A DNA stretch of 64,000 nucleotides. It comes from Utricularia gibba. Lineage: Eukaryota > Plantae > Magnoliophyta. This document shows, in pieces, positions 37,201 to 49,545 of the stretch. The position numbers and the translations under genes are program-made. The first letter of the stretch is position 1. Every line of letters begins with the position of its first letter. The notes beneath the pieces are model-generated. The model did not search any database. It saw only the letters and a list, made by a program, of their open reading frames with translations, and had not been told where the DNA came from. Location: contig NEEC01000004.1 of assembly GCA_002189035.1 (NCBI GenBank), positions 5,518,001 to 5,582,000 on the forward strand, read 5' to 3'.

Positions 37201-38530
37201 TCACAGGGCACCCACAATTCGTCTGAAGTGAGTAACGCAAGTAATGTTTGAGGAGAAAGTTTAGGGAGAACCTAGTAAACGCACAAATCACAAAAACAAC
37301 ATTTAAATACAATTGGTTCTTGCTGTTGGAAATCAGAATATACGAGAGGAGAATGATAACAACATACAGCTAGAAGATGAGAAAACTCACCTCCTTCAAT
37401 TCCTGAAATCCACTCTGACACAGATAAGCCCAACAAGCATTTCTCACACGCTCCCCATGTACACCATAATCTTGGCTTTCAGCAAACACCTAGAGTGATA
37501 TACGAAGCCTTACACATCATGTACCTGTGATAGCTAATATGAATGCTGGAAAAATATTCAACCTGATAAGTTATGAAATTAGAAGGACACAGCTTGCTTG
37601 TGATGAAGTCAGTGCAAATTGCGCACAAGTCCTGAATGTAGAATCAAAAAATAACGAGAGATGTATCTTTAACCAATAATGAGAAATAGGGTTCGCCTGA
37701 CTTTTGTCGTTCTTGCTACTTACCTGTAAGTCAAGAAATGATGCAGCAGCTAATACACGAAAGGCATTATCGTTATTAAGCTTAGGATAGTTCCCGTAGA
37801 GATAAGCCAAAGCTATTTCTATTGCTTCACCATCAACATTTTTGTCATCTACATGCAAAGTCAAGACTGGAGAATTGGCCTCCCTCCATGGCCCGACAAG
37901 CATGTTCCTGAAGGCGGAGCAAAGTCATACGTGATTATGTGCTAGATTAAACAAGCTTTCCAGAGGAAAATCAGCCGTTACGGATTGAAACAACTCTTCT
38001 ATCCTATTCAGTAAGATCACATTGAGAAATTTTGAACTTCATACCCGCAATCCACAGCATATAGTTCCCAAACAATATGGACAAAATTCGAAAAAAAAAA
38101 AACACGGGGAGTGGGGTGGTAGTTTTCGGTATCTCATTCGACATCTAAACAAAAATGAACAAGCTTGAATAATCCAATCGGAAAAAAAAAAAACTGATGA
38201 ACATCACACACCTGAAATAAGAACTACGGGATATTATGAGCCGATGGAGGCGATAAGTGGAATCCTTGGCGTTCAAGATGACGTCTGAGAACACGCCGTT
38301 ATTAAACCCTTCCATGTGAATGTGATCGCACATTGACGCAAGGTTAGAATCCAGAGTAACGCATCGCATCTCGCCTTCACCACGAGGTTCACCAGTGGAA
38401 CCACTTACACAGCTTTCCGCGTGCGACGGTTCTTTGGATATCTCCCCCGGATCGCCCTCGCCGTGGTGGCTGCGGTGAACATATCCAAGAGTAGAAAATC
38501 GAGGCAGCGACGGGGGAGCTGTGGTTCCAT
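34270..38530 (-). CDS. BTB/POZ domain protein (germ cell-less-like plant family); frameshift at 38512-38516
   Basis: LHRLIISRSSYFR|NMLVGPWREA...ALAYLYG...VLAAASFLDLQDLC; last exon KAPKGWGWRTALLF...RVAAVVQLI*; the MEPQ start joins by adding one base. Confidence 0.85.
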
Positions 38531-39090
38531 GGCAGGCAAATTCTGCACATACATTTAGAATCAAACCGAACCGAAGGCGCTGAAAATTGGAGTTGGATGT
38601 CGAGCGATGCGAGAGAGTAGGAACTCTCAACAGTTACAGAAGAGCGATAGAAGTCAAAGTTTCAATAATTGTAAATAAGAACCGTATTCTTGCAGCTTAT
38701 ACATTTCTGGCCCCTGCAAATTCTGGTTATTGCAAACGCTTCCGTCCGTCTACCGGATCCGGGCGCTGGTTCGAAGTGGTGGTCGCCGCCGGGAAGCCGT
38801 TGTGAAAGATTTTTATAGCTACAAAAATGGTTAAACTCGCTGTTTCAGCAGGCAGTGATTCAACAGTCGTCCTACATCCGTTTATGATAATCAGCAGTTC
38901 GCATTTGTTCCTGATGGCGTGTATGTGCGAACGCCATAACTTGCGTGCTTCAAACACCTTTTATCGGCGGCTTACACAACAAACGAATATGGCAGAAACT
39001 CTGATTGGCAAAACACGCGTCGGAGAAACTTTGAATCACAAGGGAAACGTTAAACAGAGAAGAGCTTCGGAAACCTGTTCCACTACTAAA

Positions 39091-42000
39091 TCACATTACG
39101 TGTTGCAGCAAATCGGAGCCTTCTTCGTCTTGGCTTTGTATCTGTATGTCCTGCAGGTCCAAAAGAAGAGACATTGACCATGGTTACTGTAGGGGAAGGC
39201 ATGCATCCATGCATTTGAAAAGAATAGAATGGCACCTGAGTCTGCAGTAGTTGACTAGGTTGTTGTTCTTGCGCCACTGGATATGCCTGAGGCTGAGACA
39301 TTCTGTAGTAAGGCTCTTTGAGATCAAGCTTGCCAGAAGAAGTCTGGAGTATCGCTCCTTCGTCAGCACCAGGCCCCCACGCTTTAGCTGCAAACCAGAA
39401 GAAGTCAGGCCAGTTTCAGAAGAAGAGTCACTGCAGTAAAGAAGAAAGCATTTCATCGATGAATGAACCTGATAATGTGAGGTACAAGGTATAACTCTGA
39501 GACTTATGGGCCACCATATGAAGTCGCCCAGTTATCTCTTGACCAGGCATCACGTAGATTGGTTGTTCAAGGACACACCGCAGTTGGTACCAGTGTGTTG
39601 TTGGGGCGCCAGGAGACGTGGTAAGGTACCTTTGCACATTGCTATCCGCCACAAAATAATACGACATGTTTAGAAACAATTATCATGAAAAAGAAACTTG
39701 ATAATCTCAAGCAAAACGTCAGCATTACCTCCCATTGAACAAAACATCAAACCAACAGGCTAGTCCATGAACCCTGGCACCAACCGAAGATATGTACCTC
39801 AATGGAATGTCAATCTCATACAGATCTTCCTCCTGTGAGGAAAACGATTTACACAACTACCACTACCGTTTAAGAAGAAAACACAAGAACCATGTTATAG
39901 CACCTAGCACCCTCTACGAAATAATGGAATACTAGAAGCCAAAATGAACACTGACGTACACAGAGAATCCCACAGCAAAGTCGCCTTTTACCTGAGTAGA
40001 AGTGAAGTCTATGATGTGGGAGATTGCTGGAGCCACCAATAATCGTGGGTCAAAAGCATCTACGACTGGCTGGAACATCAAGATAAAACACAAAAGATCA
40101 AGATCCATTTGTAAGAAGACCCTCAACTAATGATCAACATGAACTCTGATTTTCATACAAACACTATTCACAAACATACTGATGATCAGAGAAAGGCATC
40201 TTGGAAGGGAAATGAAATATGCGCAGGGAAACAAAAACTCCACTGCTCCATACTTATGAGACAAGAAAACAGATTAACACGGCTAAACATCCAACCTGTG
40301 AGAAGTACCCTTGAAAGGCAGTGCTATGGAGGGTAGTCAGGTTCACACCATAATAATTCTGTTGCTGCCAAAATAAAGCCTGAACCAAACGAAGAGACAA
40401 GGTTGCATCAGGTTCCACATAAGAGGTGGGGCAGCGAAGAAATTCAGGAATGTTTCATATGCCATGTAAAATACAAATTGCAGCAAAAACAATGATTTTC
40501 AGGATCACGGGTCATGCAGAAATCAAGAGCCAACACATGATATGTATCACGTGGTCACCTTATTTGCAATCTCAATATATAAATATTCATCGCTGAATGG
40601 TGCCATGTGTATTCTGCAACAAGGGAGCTCAATTTAAGAATCGAACTTAAATACAGATCCTCATGATAATTTTCAGTCAATGCAGAAGGATTTAGCATAT
40701 TCAGAAAGAGCTGCTGAGCAGCATTCACCTTCCTATAGCAGGGAACATTTTTCCACTTGGAACAAGAAATCTATCTCTGGCAATTAGATATGACTCAAGC
40801 ATCCTCTCATTGACCAGCAGAGTACCTGCACGACCAAAAAAATCACTAAGATTAACCAACGGAAGTATTCCATCCTGATCAAAAACTCATTGATGATATC
40901 CTAAATAACCCACTTCCATCAAACAGAAGGACGAACAAGTCATACCCATTGGTTCAGATATCAATATATCTGCCTTTTCGGGCAATTCAACCTCCTCTAC
41001 TTTGCCTTTGATTACCTGACAACAAAAAAGAATGATGATGATGAAAGCGGTAATCACAATGGAAAAAGTTTAAGGAAGGAAACGAACTGTTATCCGCTGG
41101 CTAAGTGATGGATTTCCAGCAATAAGCTTACGAGCATACTCTGCCATTTCAGATGCTTCAACTGCATAAATATGTTTTGCACCAGCCTGAAACGCACATT
41201 GTTTGAATTAAAAGAAGCAAGTAGAGGGTACTAAAGCATCAGTTTATTCCATTGAATGTGCTAAGCATTTGAAGCTCTCAACCTGAGCAGCAAACAGCGA
41301 CAATATTCCGCTACCAGCACCGACATCAACAACTATACGATCGATAAAATCAACACGGTTCTCCATAATGGCAGCATAATAAGTTCCTGAATTACAAAAT
41401 CCTAGCGATGTCAACACTTCGCATAAAAACTTACATTAGCATGACCATACTACTTCATGGGAACCAAAGGCCCAATAAGTCTTCAATGCACTGGCAATAA
41501 GAGAACTAAAAAATCATGGATAAAAAAAAATAACAGATGTAATATTCTGCGTAGAGATGTAAACCTGTCCGCACATAGTCCTGCAGCATATTCTGCTGGT
41601 GCAAAAGCTGTCCATAGTAATGAAAGTACATTTTAGAAGATGATGGCTCTGTTTTTTCATCAAACTTGTTCTTAGTCGATGAAGGGTATCCATTAGGCAA
41701 AGATGATCCTGGAGAAGGCACAACCTACAAGGTAAGGACCCTTACCAGAGGAATTGATAACAGTGAAAAGGCACTTGATAAGATTAGCAACGACATGCAA
41801 AAGGCTTCATCTAAAAGAACAACCTTGATTAGTGATTTCCGTCTTAAATTTCTCAAATGCGCTGTGAAAGGCATTGCTTTCCTCGTCATTCCTGAACTGT
41901 ATAGTGAGCCCCTTGGAAAAAGATTTCTGATTCAGGAAGAATTGTTATTTGTATAATATAAATAATAGCATTAAGTTGAAGAAGGTCATCATATTCATGA

Positions 42001-42551
42001 GTGTCGCTTCAACTGTGTCAAGCTAAAATACTTAATCTTGGACCCGATGTTATTTAGGTTGGAGACATCATGATTCACGGGTATAAATGACCCACTAGGA
42101 AGGAAAGGCAAGAAAGACAATATGAAAGAAACCAGGAACTAGGTAAACTCACATCACATGCGTCATCAGCGGATTCAGAGACGAAAAGAGACTGTGAGGG
42201 TCCTAGTTTGAAAAGCTGAAATCCAAAATCAAAGAGAGAAGATGAACCAACAAGGTACATATAAAGGTCGAATGCACAAGAAATCGAAAATCTTGTGACT
42301 TCGTGGCGTGTTTACCATAGTAAACCAAAAAAAGAAACACCGTCTAAAGACAACCGTGATGACATTTGGAAACAAACCTGGCCGTCTCGGAGATCGAACT
42401 GAAACGCATCTTTGGAACCGGACTCAAGCCCAAAGCGAAGTGACTCAGGACTCAACCGCGCCACCATCGGCGGGGAAGAACCGTCGGAAATCGAAAGCTG
42501 CGATATTGACGCAACCAAAAAATCTTGCTGTTTCACATTATTATTCTCCAT
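39091..42551 (-). CDS. PRMT4: Protein arginine N-methyltransferase 4 (CARM1)
   Basis: YFHYYGQLLHQQNMLQD, VVDVGAGSGILSLFAAQ (SAM-binding), ISEPMG, TTHWYQLRC (THW loop). Confidence 0.93.
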
Positions 42552-43113
42552 CGTATAGATTCCTCCCGGTTTGCAAGAACCCAGTATACAAAGAAATGCA
42601 GGAAAAAAGGACCCTTAGAAAAAGCTAGGGTTTGAGTAAAGAAAGCTCGGGCTCGGCGCAGCAGACGGCATTGCTGGATTCCGGAGGCGTGGGCAATGAC
42701 AGATTATGCTTCCGAGTGGAGCAGAGAATGACGTGTCAGCTTCTGATTGGGATGGATGCACCTCCGTTGGTCGGACCGTGGAGGGGGTGATGCAGATGTG
42801 AAGAAGCGAGGCGTCAAAATTTCTCCTTTCCCCTACTAAATATATAGCCTCCAACAGTAAGCTTCCTTGAGTGTTACAGTCACCATCAGCCCCCCCCCAC
42901 TCCCGTTTCCTCTTTTTTATCTAAATATTTTCTTTATATATATTGGGAAACTAAAACGTAAATGAATCCATTTGGGCCATAACGGACTGGGCCACGGACA
43001 CGAGCTGCCCAGCCCATTCCCGAAGAGCTTTCTTCCACAAGCTTCAAAATTCAAACTGCACGCCACAAATCACACTCACTGAATTACCTGCAATCTCCAT
43101 TTCACTCTGCCAA

Positions 43114-44291
43114 GATGGTAAGTTTGCGGGGTGTGTATGCTAATGTGGTAATCTTGTTCCTGAGTTTGCTGATTGATTCTCATGCTATTTCCCCTGTTAA
43201 TTTTTCCGAAGACGCTCGACTTTGTACTCGTTGTTGTATTTGCTCTTTGCCCATGTGCGCGACGATTGGATCTTCCGTTTGTTAATTGATTCCAGCGGAA
43301 AGAATGTATGACAGAAGCCTGTTTACTTCATGTGATGATTAATTCATACCGTTGTCTATTCTGTAGATCTGGGGTTGCATAACGGAAAATTCTTCTTTTT
43401 TTTTTTCTCTTAACTACTGTGCTTTCGCTTGTTGCTTTGGCTTCTACGTATTGTGAGAGATGGGTGCTTCGATTCAATTTCCCCTTACCGTTTCATTGGA
43501 TTTTTACCCATCCCACGTTCATTCATGGCTTTGTATGCAGGATGGGAATGACACAGATGCTGCAAAGCAAAGTACTGCTGATATGACTGCCTTTGTATGT
43601 TAACCTTTCATAGCTTCTTTCCTCACCACCTTCACCTACTTAATTCGCGTGATTATTCTTGTCCTGATGGATCCTAATTTCCTCTTTTGAGTCTCTTCTG
43701 CTTCATTGATCGGTTTCTGTTTCCATGTTAATGGATTGTGTGCCTAAGTTTAGACTATAAGAAGTTAATTAAATCCCATGATAAGTCATCTAACTTGTCC
43801 CTTTTTGCACGTTTTAGGTGCAAAGCCTTCTTCAGCAGATGGTGAGTCAGTCTCTCCTCTTTCTTTGTTTAGATAATTTTCCAGCATTGCTGCTAATGCT
43901 TTTCCCCTGTCTTTGCAGCAAAACAGGTTTCAAACCATGTCAGAATCTATAATTTCGAAAAATATCCTTTTCAGACGGTACAAACAATATTGCTACTCAT
44001 TAGATCATATCTTTCTTTGGGGGCGTTTTCCTTGAATCTTTTGAATGTCCTTACTTTTTCAGTCTGTTGTTCCCCTGGCCTGTTTCTTTTTCAAAGCCTG
44101 GTTGTTCGTAATTGGCCATCACCCTCATTGTTTGAATTCCTTGACACTTGACTGCACTTGATGAGATGGGCAACCGTATCGATGAGCTGGAGCAAAGCAT
44201 CAATGATCTCAGAGCTGATATGGGGCAAGAAGGCACTCCATCTCCTTCAGCTGCATTGAAGGCCCAAGATGAGCCTAAAGCCAGCCAGTGA
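43114..44291 (+). CDS. HSBP: Heat shock factor binding protein; exons 43114-43116, 43541-43594, 43818-43841, 43919-43961, 44158-44291; last intron is U12 AT-AC
   Basis: Spliced product MDGNDTDAAKQSTADMTAFVQSLLQQMQNRFQTMSESIISKIDEMGNRIDELEQSINDL is the HSBP1 coiled coil. Confidence 0.92.
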
Positions 44292-44804
44292 TACGTGATG
44301 AAGTTAGCTCATTTCTGGGGTTCGCTTGCTTGTTCGTACGTTTTCATCCCCCTTAGATGCTACTGAAACCGAGTATCTGGGGACATTTTGTGCGTTTGTT
44401 CTTCTAAAATTGGGTGGAATTCAATGCTACAGTGTGTGTACCTTAATGCGCGAACAGCTTTGCAGCGTCAAGGATTTCTTAGGCCTACTTGGCAAAATAT
44501 TTCTATAAATGACTTGCTGAAAAATAGACGAAGCGATCATCACATGGATTTCCCTCAAGTTTTTTTTCTCTTTTCTTTCTTATTTTTCCTTCTTCTGCAA
44601 TTACTCCGGTAAAGCGTAAATTACTCCTCCATATAGATTTTGAAACAAACTCCCTGAACTGTAAGTTTGACAACAATGCAATAGAGTAACCACAATCTGA
44701 GGAAAGGAAAGGAGAAAAAAAATGAAACGGGTGGGTGGAGGCACTGGAAACCTGTGAATGCTGGAGGCGAGATCTGCGTCCAAGAGAAGCAGCACGTTTC
44801 AACA

Positions 44805-44853
44805 TCCCACATCGACAAGTGACACACTATGGGTGGATTCATTCAGTATATAT
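44805..44853 (+). promoter_or_regulatory. Plant snRNA promoter: USE (TCCCACATCG) and TATA
   Basis: TCCCACATCG at 44805-44814 (-76) and TATATAT at 44847-44853 (-34); spacing typical of Pol II snRNA genes. Confidence 0.9.
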
Positions 44854-44880
44854 TGAGCCGAATTTTGAACCTAAAAGCTC

Positions 44881-45075
44881 ATACCTTTCTCGCCTTTTGG
44901 CTAAGATCAAGTGTAGTATCTGTTCTTATCAGTTTAATATCTGATACGTGGGCCAATGGCTCACACGATATTAAATTAATTTTTATTGGGGGAGCATCCA
45001 ATGGATTAGCTTGCTGATCCGGATCCTCGAGCGTCGCCCTGGCGTTGCACTACTGCTCGGGCCCGGCGCGCCTCA
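44881..45075 (+). ncRNA. U2: U2 spliceosomal snRNA
   Basis: ATACCTTTCTCG(G)CCTTTTGGCTAAGATCAAGTGTAGTATCTGTTC with branch-pairing GTAGTA; stem IV loop TTGCACTAC; USE/TATA upstream; 3'-box-like CA-N5-AGT downstream. Confidence 0.96.
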
Positions 45076-45205
45076 TCAACTCCAGTCGTAATTTTATTTT
45101 CTGCACATGCGAGGGCTAAATTTAAATTCATTCCACGGGTATATTTGAAATACAACCATACAACAAGCTATGCGCCTGGTTCCTGTTACACTGAAACGTC
45201 TCGGG

Positions 45206-45580
45206 CTACTGTGGATAGAGTAACAACGTTTTCTGCTGTCGTGGGTTGGCATTGGTGTTCGGAACCCGCGCGTCTCTAACTTGGAACTCGTTTCTGGTTT
45301 TGACCACGATGTCGTACATGTGAACTGATCTGAACCTGGAAAAGTCTCTGGGGAGGGAAATGAGATCTGCGGTACAGCTCTTGTGGTATTGAAGCAGCTG
45401 AGGATCTCCATTGCGATACCTCTCCCACCCTAGACACGCCAGCTTGCTCTCCAAAACCGCGTAGGATGTGATCACCTCGCCAGAAGCCAAGTGCACAAGA
45501 TGCTTTCGGGTCGCGTCGCTGCCCGGATTCTCGACCAGGCGCATGACCCCGTCATCTTGGAACACCCAAACGCCAGCCAT
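45206..45580 (-). CDS. FPF1: Flowering-promoting factor 1-like protein, intronless
   Basis: MAGVWVF...[37 protein letters not shown]. Confidence 0.92.
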   Translation of the reverse strand: MAGVWVFQDDGVMRLVENPGSDATRKHLVHLASGEVITSYAVLESKLACLGWERYRNGDPQLLQYHKSCTADLISLPRDFSRFRSVHMYDIVVKTRNEFQVRDARVPNTNANPRQQKTLLLYPQ

Positions 45581-46099
45581 AGATGACAACTCACAGAAGC
45601 AGGTGAGATGGTGAGAGCGGGAAGCAATCCATGGGTTTGTTATATACTGTGAAGGAAGGAGGACCTGCGCTAAGAAGCCGCCCTACTTTACAAAAAAAGA
45701 TGGTTGTCATGAGGAATGTTCATACCTCGGAAGGTCAACATAAATGTGTGCGTTTGCTGGATCCTGTTTTCTGCTCTCCTCCCTTTCTTTACTTCTCCAG
45801 ATGTGTACGCGTGTTTAAATGTGTGGAGGTGTACGTTTCTGTTGAAATTCCCGACCTACTTTTTAAAAGAAAAATTCCAACGCGCAGCTCGAAAATCCCT
45901 CGGCTGATGGATTCAAGTCTCGACAGAAGTTTCGAGAGAGCAACTCCGCCTATTTCCAGTAGCACAGTGGACGGAAGAGCACAACACATTCAAGCTAATT
46001 GTTTGGGGCGGGGACACGTGAAAGTCGCGTCGCATTCCCGGTGTCCGCGCTCCCAGAGCTCGAAAGGAAGAACCGCTTTGCCTTTTTCATATTCCCATT

Positions 46100-46600
46100 G
46101 TCCGTGGCTCCTCGAGTGATGATGTGTCCCTTCCTGCGTTCAGATTCGCGGAGGAGGATCTGGTCGGAAGGCTGTCGGCTTCTCCATCAACGCATCGCAT
46201 GCACATGATCACACTTTGTTCATTAATACACAAAAGAAAATTCTTCGAAACATGTCCATAGAAGAAGGTATCTCCGGGCTGATCCCTTTCGAGACCGAGT
46301 GAAGGTGGAATTTGAGACCTGGAAGCAAGAATCTATTCCGCAGACTGGGGCGCCAGCTCATGGAGCACATGTTGAAATTTGGAGCAGCAACAGCTGCAGC
46401 GTCTGAAAAAATGTACACGAATATTTCTTTCTAAAAGAAGGTACAAGAACGGGCTACCTGCCGAGTGCGGAGGGGAAACTGGGCTCATGCCTCAGTCCCA
46501 TGCTTGGAAACAGAAGATGGCGCCGACGCCCAGCAGTCGCATGTGTGAGAATTAGTGCGCGATGCGATCGGGAAGACTTGGTCGACGGCGGCCTCAACCA
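46100..46600 (-). pseudogene. Possible degraded F-box/LRR gene fragment (second, interrupted copy at ~49995-51250)
   Basis: SLPDRIAH(L)ILTH and SSVSKH in shifted frames resemble an F-box motif; several stops. Weak similarity by eye only. Confidence 0.3.
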
Positions 46601-47348
46601 CCGTTCTCAACTCACTAAACCAGGTGCAGGCGCGACAGCAGCCTTTCCTCCAACGCAGACCGGGCCCTAGCATCATTCATTGTCCCACGCCCATCCCTCA
46701 AACCATTGACACCTTCCACATTTTTAATTACAAATTTTATTCTCTCACTTTTAATTTACGCGAGTTTTAAGAGGAAGATCGGCTGAAAAACTATATGTTG
46801 AATTAGAAGACAAAAAAAGAACTTGAGTGTTTATTGAACTAAGAAAGATTATCCCTAAATAGACAAGCAGACAGCTCCTAACTAACAATACGGAAATAAT
46901 GATTTGACTTTAAAAATGGCAACGAACTCCAACCATCTTTGATCAGCAACGGTTCCCGTGAGATTAGGAGGGCTGGACATAACCTTATTAACCGTTGGAA
47001 ATATGACCAACTTTGGCGTGGAAAGGACTATCAGCATTAGTGACACTATACATGTGCTGATTCCATTACAACAAATGTGACATTTTAGGGTTTGTGATTG
47101 TGAGTGGACAAAGATCATGAATTTGGAGTCCATGTGGTGATTCTAATCCACAATCCCTAAACTTGGGTTACATTATTAGGAAAGCAAGCAAACGGGGAGG
47201 CGGATGAGTCCTGCAGACAGATTTCAGAAACTTTACGAGGACAGCAAACGGAAACACACAACTGGATCATGGCTGCTTATTCTAGGGTGTGGATGTCCAG
47301 GTTCCCTTTCCTTCCACGCTATGGATGCAGCTGAAACATGGATCTCTC

Positions 47349-48471
47349 TTAGAAATTACCGGAGGAACCCCCCTGGATTATATCAGCAAACGAATAGCCC
47401 GAGGAACCCCCTGGATTATATCAGCATACGAATAGCCAGAAGAAACCCCCTGGATTATATCAGCATACGAATAGCCCGAAGAAACCCCCTGGATTATATC
47501 AGCATATGAATAGCCCGAGGAACCCCCCTGGATTATATCAGCAAACGAATAGCCCGAGGTACCTCCCTGGATTATATTAGCAAACGAATTGCCCGAGGAA
47601 CCCAACTGGATTATATCAGCAAGCGAACCGCTGGTGAACAGTTTGGATAAAAGCCCCGCCAATCCCACGCCCAATATGCTGCCAGCCCTGGCCGGTCCAG
47701 CCACCGGCCGCGGCGGGAGAGGAGTGTAATGGGGCGTCGTCGCCGGATAGTATCCGTTGTATGAAGAGGGCTGCGGATTATATGAATAGCACGCTGGGGG
47801 GTGCATATTATACCTGCTGTAATATGGGTGGTAAACTCCGTCCCGTGGGGGTGGGTACACATGATCAACTCCGAGGGTTGGCGGTGGGTATGGAGAATAA
47901 ACGCCCGCGTATGGATAAGCTGAGCTGGATCCAGTTGAATATGGTGGCACGCCGCGATGATTGGTTGCTGATGCGCTGGTCGAAGAAACTGGAGGTGGAT
48001 AAAAAGAACCTGAACCCGTCATGGGCGGAGCTGTAGGTGCGTCGGCGATAGTAAACTTGTAGGTGAAATATATTTGGCCTTCATATTTGCCGTCGGGCTT
48101 TCTCACAGGAAAACTGGTCATCCTTTCCCCTTTGGTTTCACTTTCATACAATTTTGTTATGGGCACGTTGACTTGGCCGATCTCTGCAACTTCATTGGAC
48201 TGATTCCGGAGGCAAACGAGTTTTAAATCCAGGACAAGACAATTCATCCGCACCTCCTCCTCGTCCACAGTAAACTTTATCGGAATATTCCAGGTGAGGC
48301 TGCAGGCGTCTTGGCCTACTGTCGCCCATGCGAGGATCTTTGGATTGGGTGGTTTGTACCCGCCGGAGATGGTAACCCCGCGCAGGCATTGACGGAGTTG
48401 AAGAGGCTGGCTGGGTTCAAATGCTTAGCTTTCTGGAGCGTAATATCCAGAACACGATGACTGGAAGCCAT
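47349..48471 (-). CDS. SRC2-like C2-domain protein, copy 1; two apparent 1-bp deletions (48376-48379, 47407-47411); C-terminal 13-aa repeat x7
   Basis: Colinear with intact copy 2 (MASSHRVLDITLQKAK...EIGQVNVPI...SFPVRKPDGK.EG.IYFTYKF); the repaired frame ends GGSSGNF*, matching copy 2 GGSLGNS*. Confidence 0.8.
47362..47633. repeat. 39-bp coding minisatellite, 7 units
   Basis: Consensus GAGGAACCCCCCTGGATTATATCAGCAAACGAATAGCCC; units start 47362, 47401 (38 nt), 47439, 47478, 47517, 47556, 47595. Confidence 0.95.
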
Positions 48472-49204
48472 GTTGTGATTGATAGAGAGGACACACTTAT
48501 AGTGACTCACTCCATCATTCCGTCCAAGGGCGTGGCGAAGCAACCAGAAAGCCGCCGCGGGGACCTACCCAGTGTTGTGAATTGCAGAACTCACATCCAT
48601 ACATCTGCCGCGTAAAGAGTCCGTCCGTGCGTCCCTCCGCCTCCGCCGATGGGAAAAATAGGCCATATAATAATAATAAGATATGTGGCAGTGTATCATT
48701 TCATTTAAAAAGTAAATTACCAATTCTTTTCACTCTTATCTTTATTGTTGTTTATTTATTGATACATGAACCTGTCAGTGTCAGTGTCACCCCAAGTAGC
48801 ACGCAAACCTATTCGCCGGGTGTTGGGAAGTTGACTTTAAATCTTTTTTTATATACTAAATTAATATATAAAAAATTCTTTCATTGATTGTAGACACACA
48901 AGACACACTCTAATCTTTGATATTATTACTCTAATTTCATTATTAATGATATAAATTTTTATTTGTGATTTGAAATATACATGCTAATTATTATTATGAG
49001 GTACAAGAATGAATTCCATCCAATATTTTGGATTGCATTGTATGTTAAAGTCAACCCTATGAGATTACACATAAACAATGTTGCAGTTGACATACAACTT
49101 GCAGATAAGAATGAATAGACGAGTTCAAACCCCGCAAGTGAAGAGATGGATTCCTTATGCAATACAAGATGTGCCTATTCATTCCTTCATGGATTACCAC
49201 ACCC

Positions 49205-49228
49205 ACACACACACACACACACACACAC
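49205..49228. repeat. (AC)12 microsatellite; only ~4 units at the paralogous site near 53183
   Basis: Read directly from the sequence. Confidence 0.85.
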
Positions 49229-49545
49229 GCACGAATGGGACCAAAAACCGATGGCGTTGCTGTAACTCCAGTCCCCTTCACTCACCAGTCAGTCGGAATC
49301 AGTCAATCTTGCAGTAAAACAAAAAAACAAAATTGTTTCATAATAAATCCAAAATAGGAATAGAACCGGAGGCCCAAAAAGTTTTCCCCCAGGCCAGGAT
49401 AAAACTCAATGGCCCGCCATTCAGGCCCAATAAAACACCCCATGTGCCACAGAGATGCGGCGGCAAAGTAGGAGCGGCCAGCCTGAGCCAGCGCATCCTT
49501 GTTGGGTATTCTTTTTTACGTTAGAGCCACAAGCCCCAAATCCAT

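Noticed and set aside
46104-46140. GTGATGATG as a C/D snoRNA box C (also at ~50010)
   Set aside because: No matching terminal D box or stem at a suitable distance; lies in the duplicated decayed region.
47362-47633. CRISPR-like array
   Set aside because: Units are contiguous with no unique spacers, are a multiple of three, lie inside a eukaryotic CDS, and no cas genes are present; it is a coding minisatellite.
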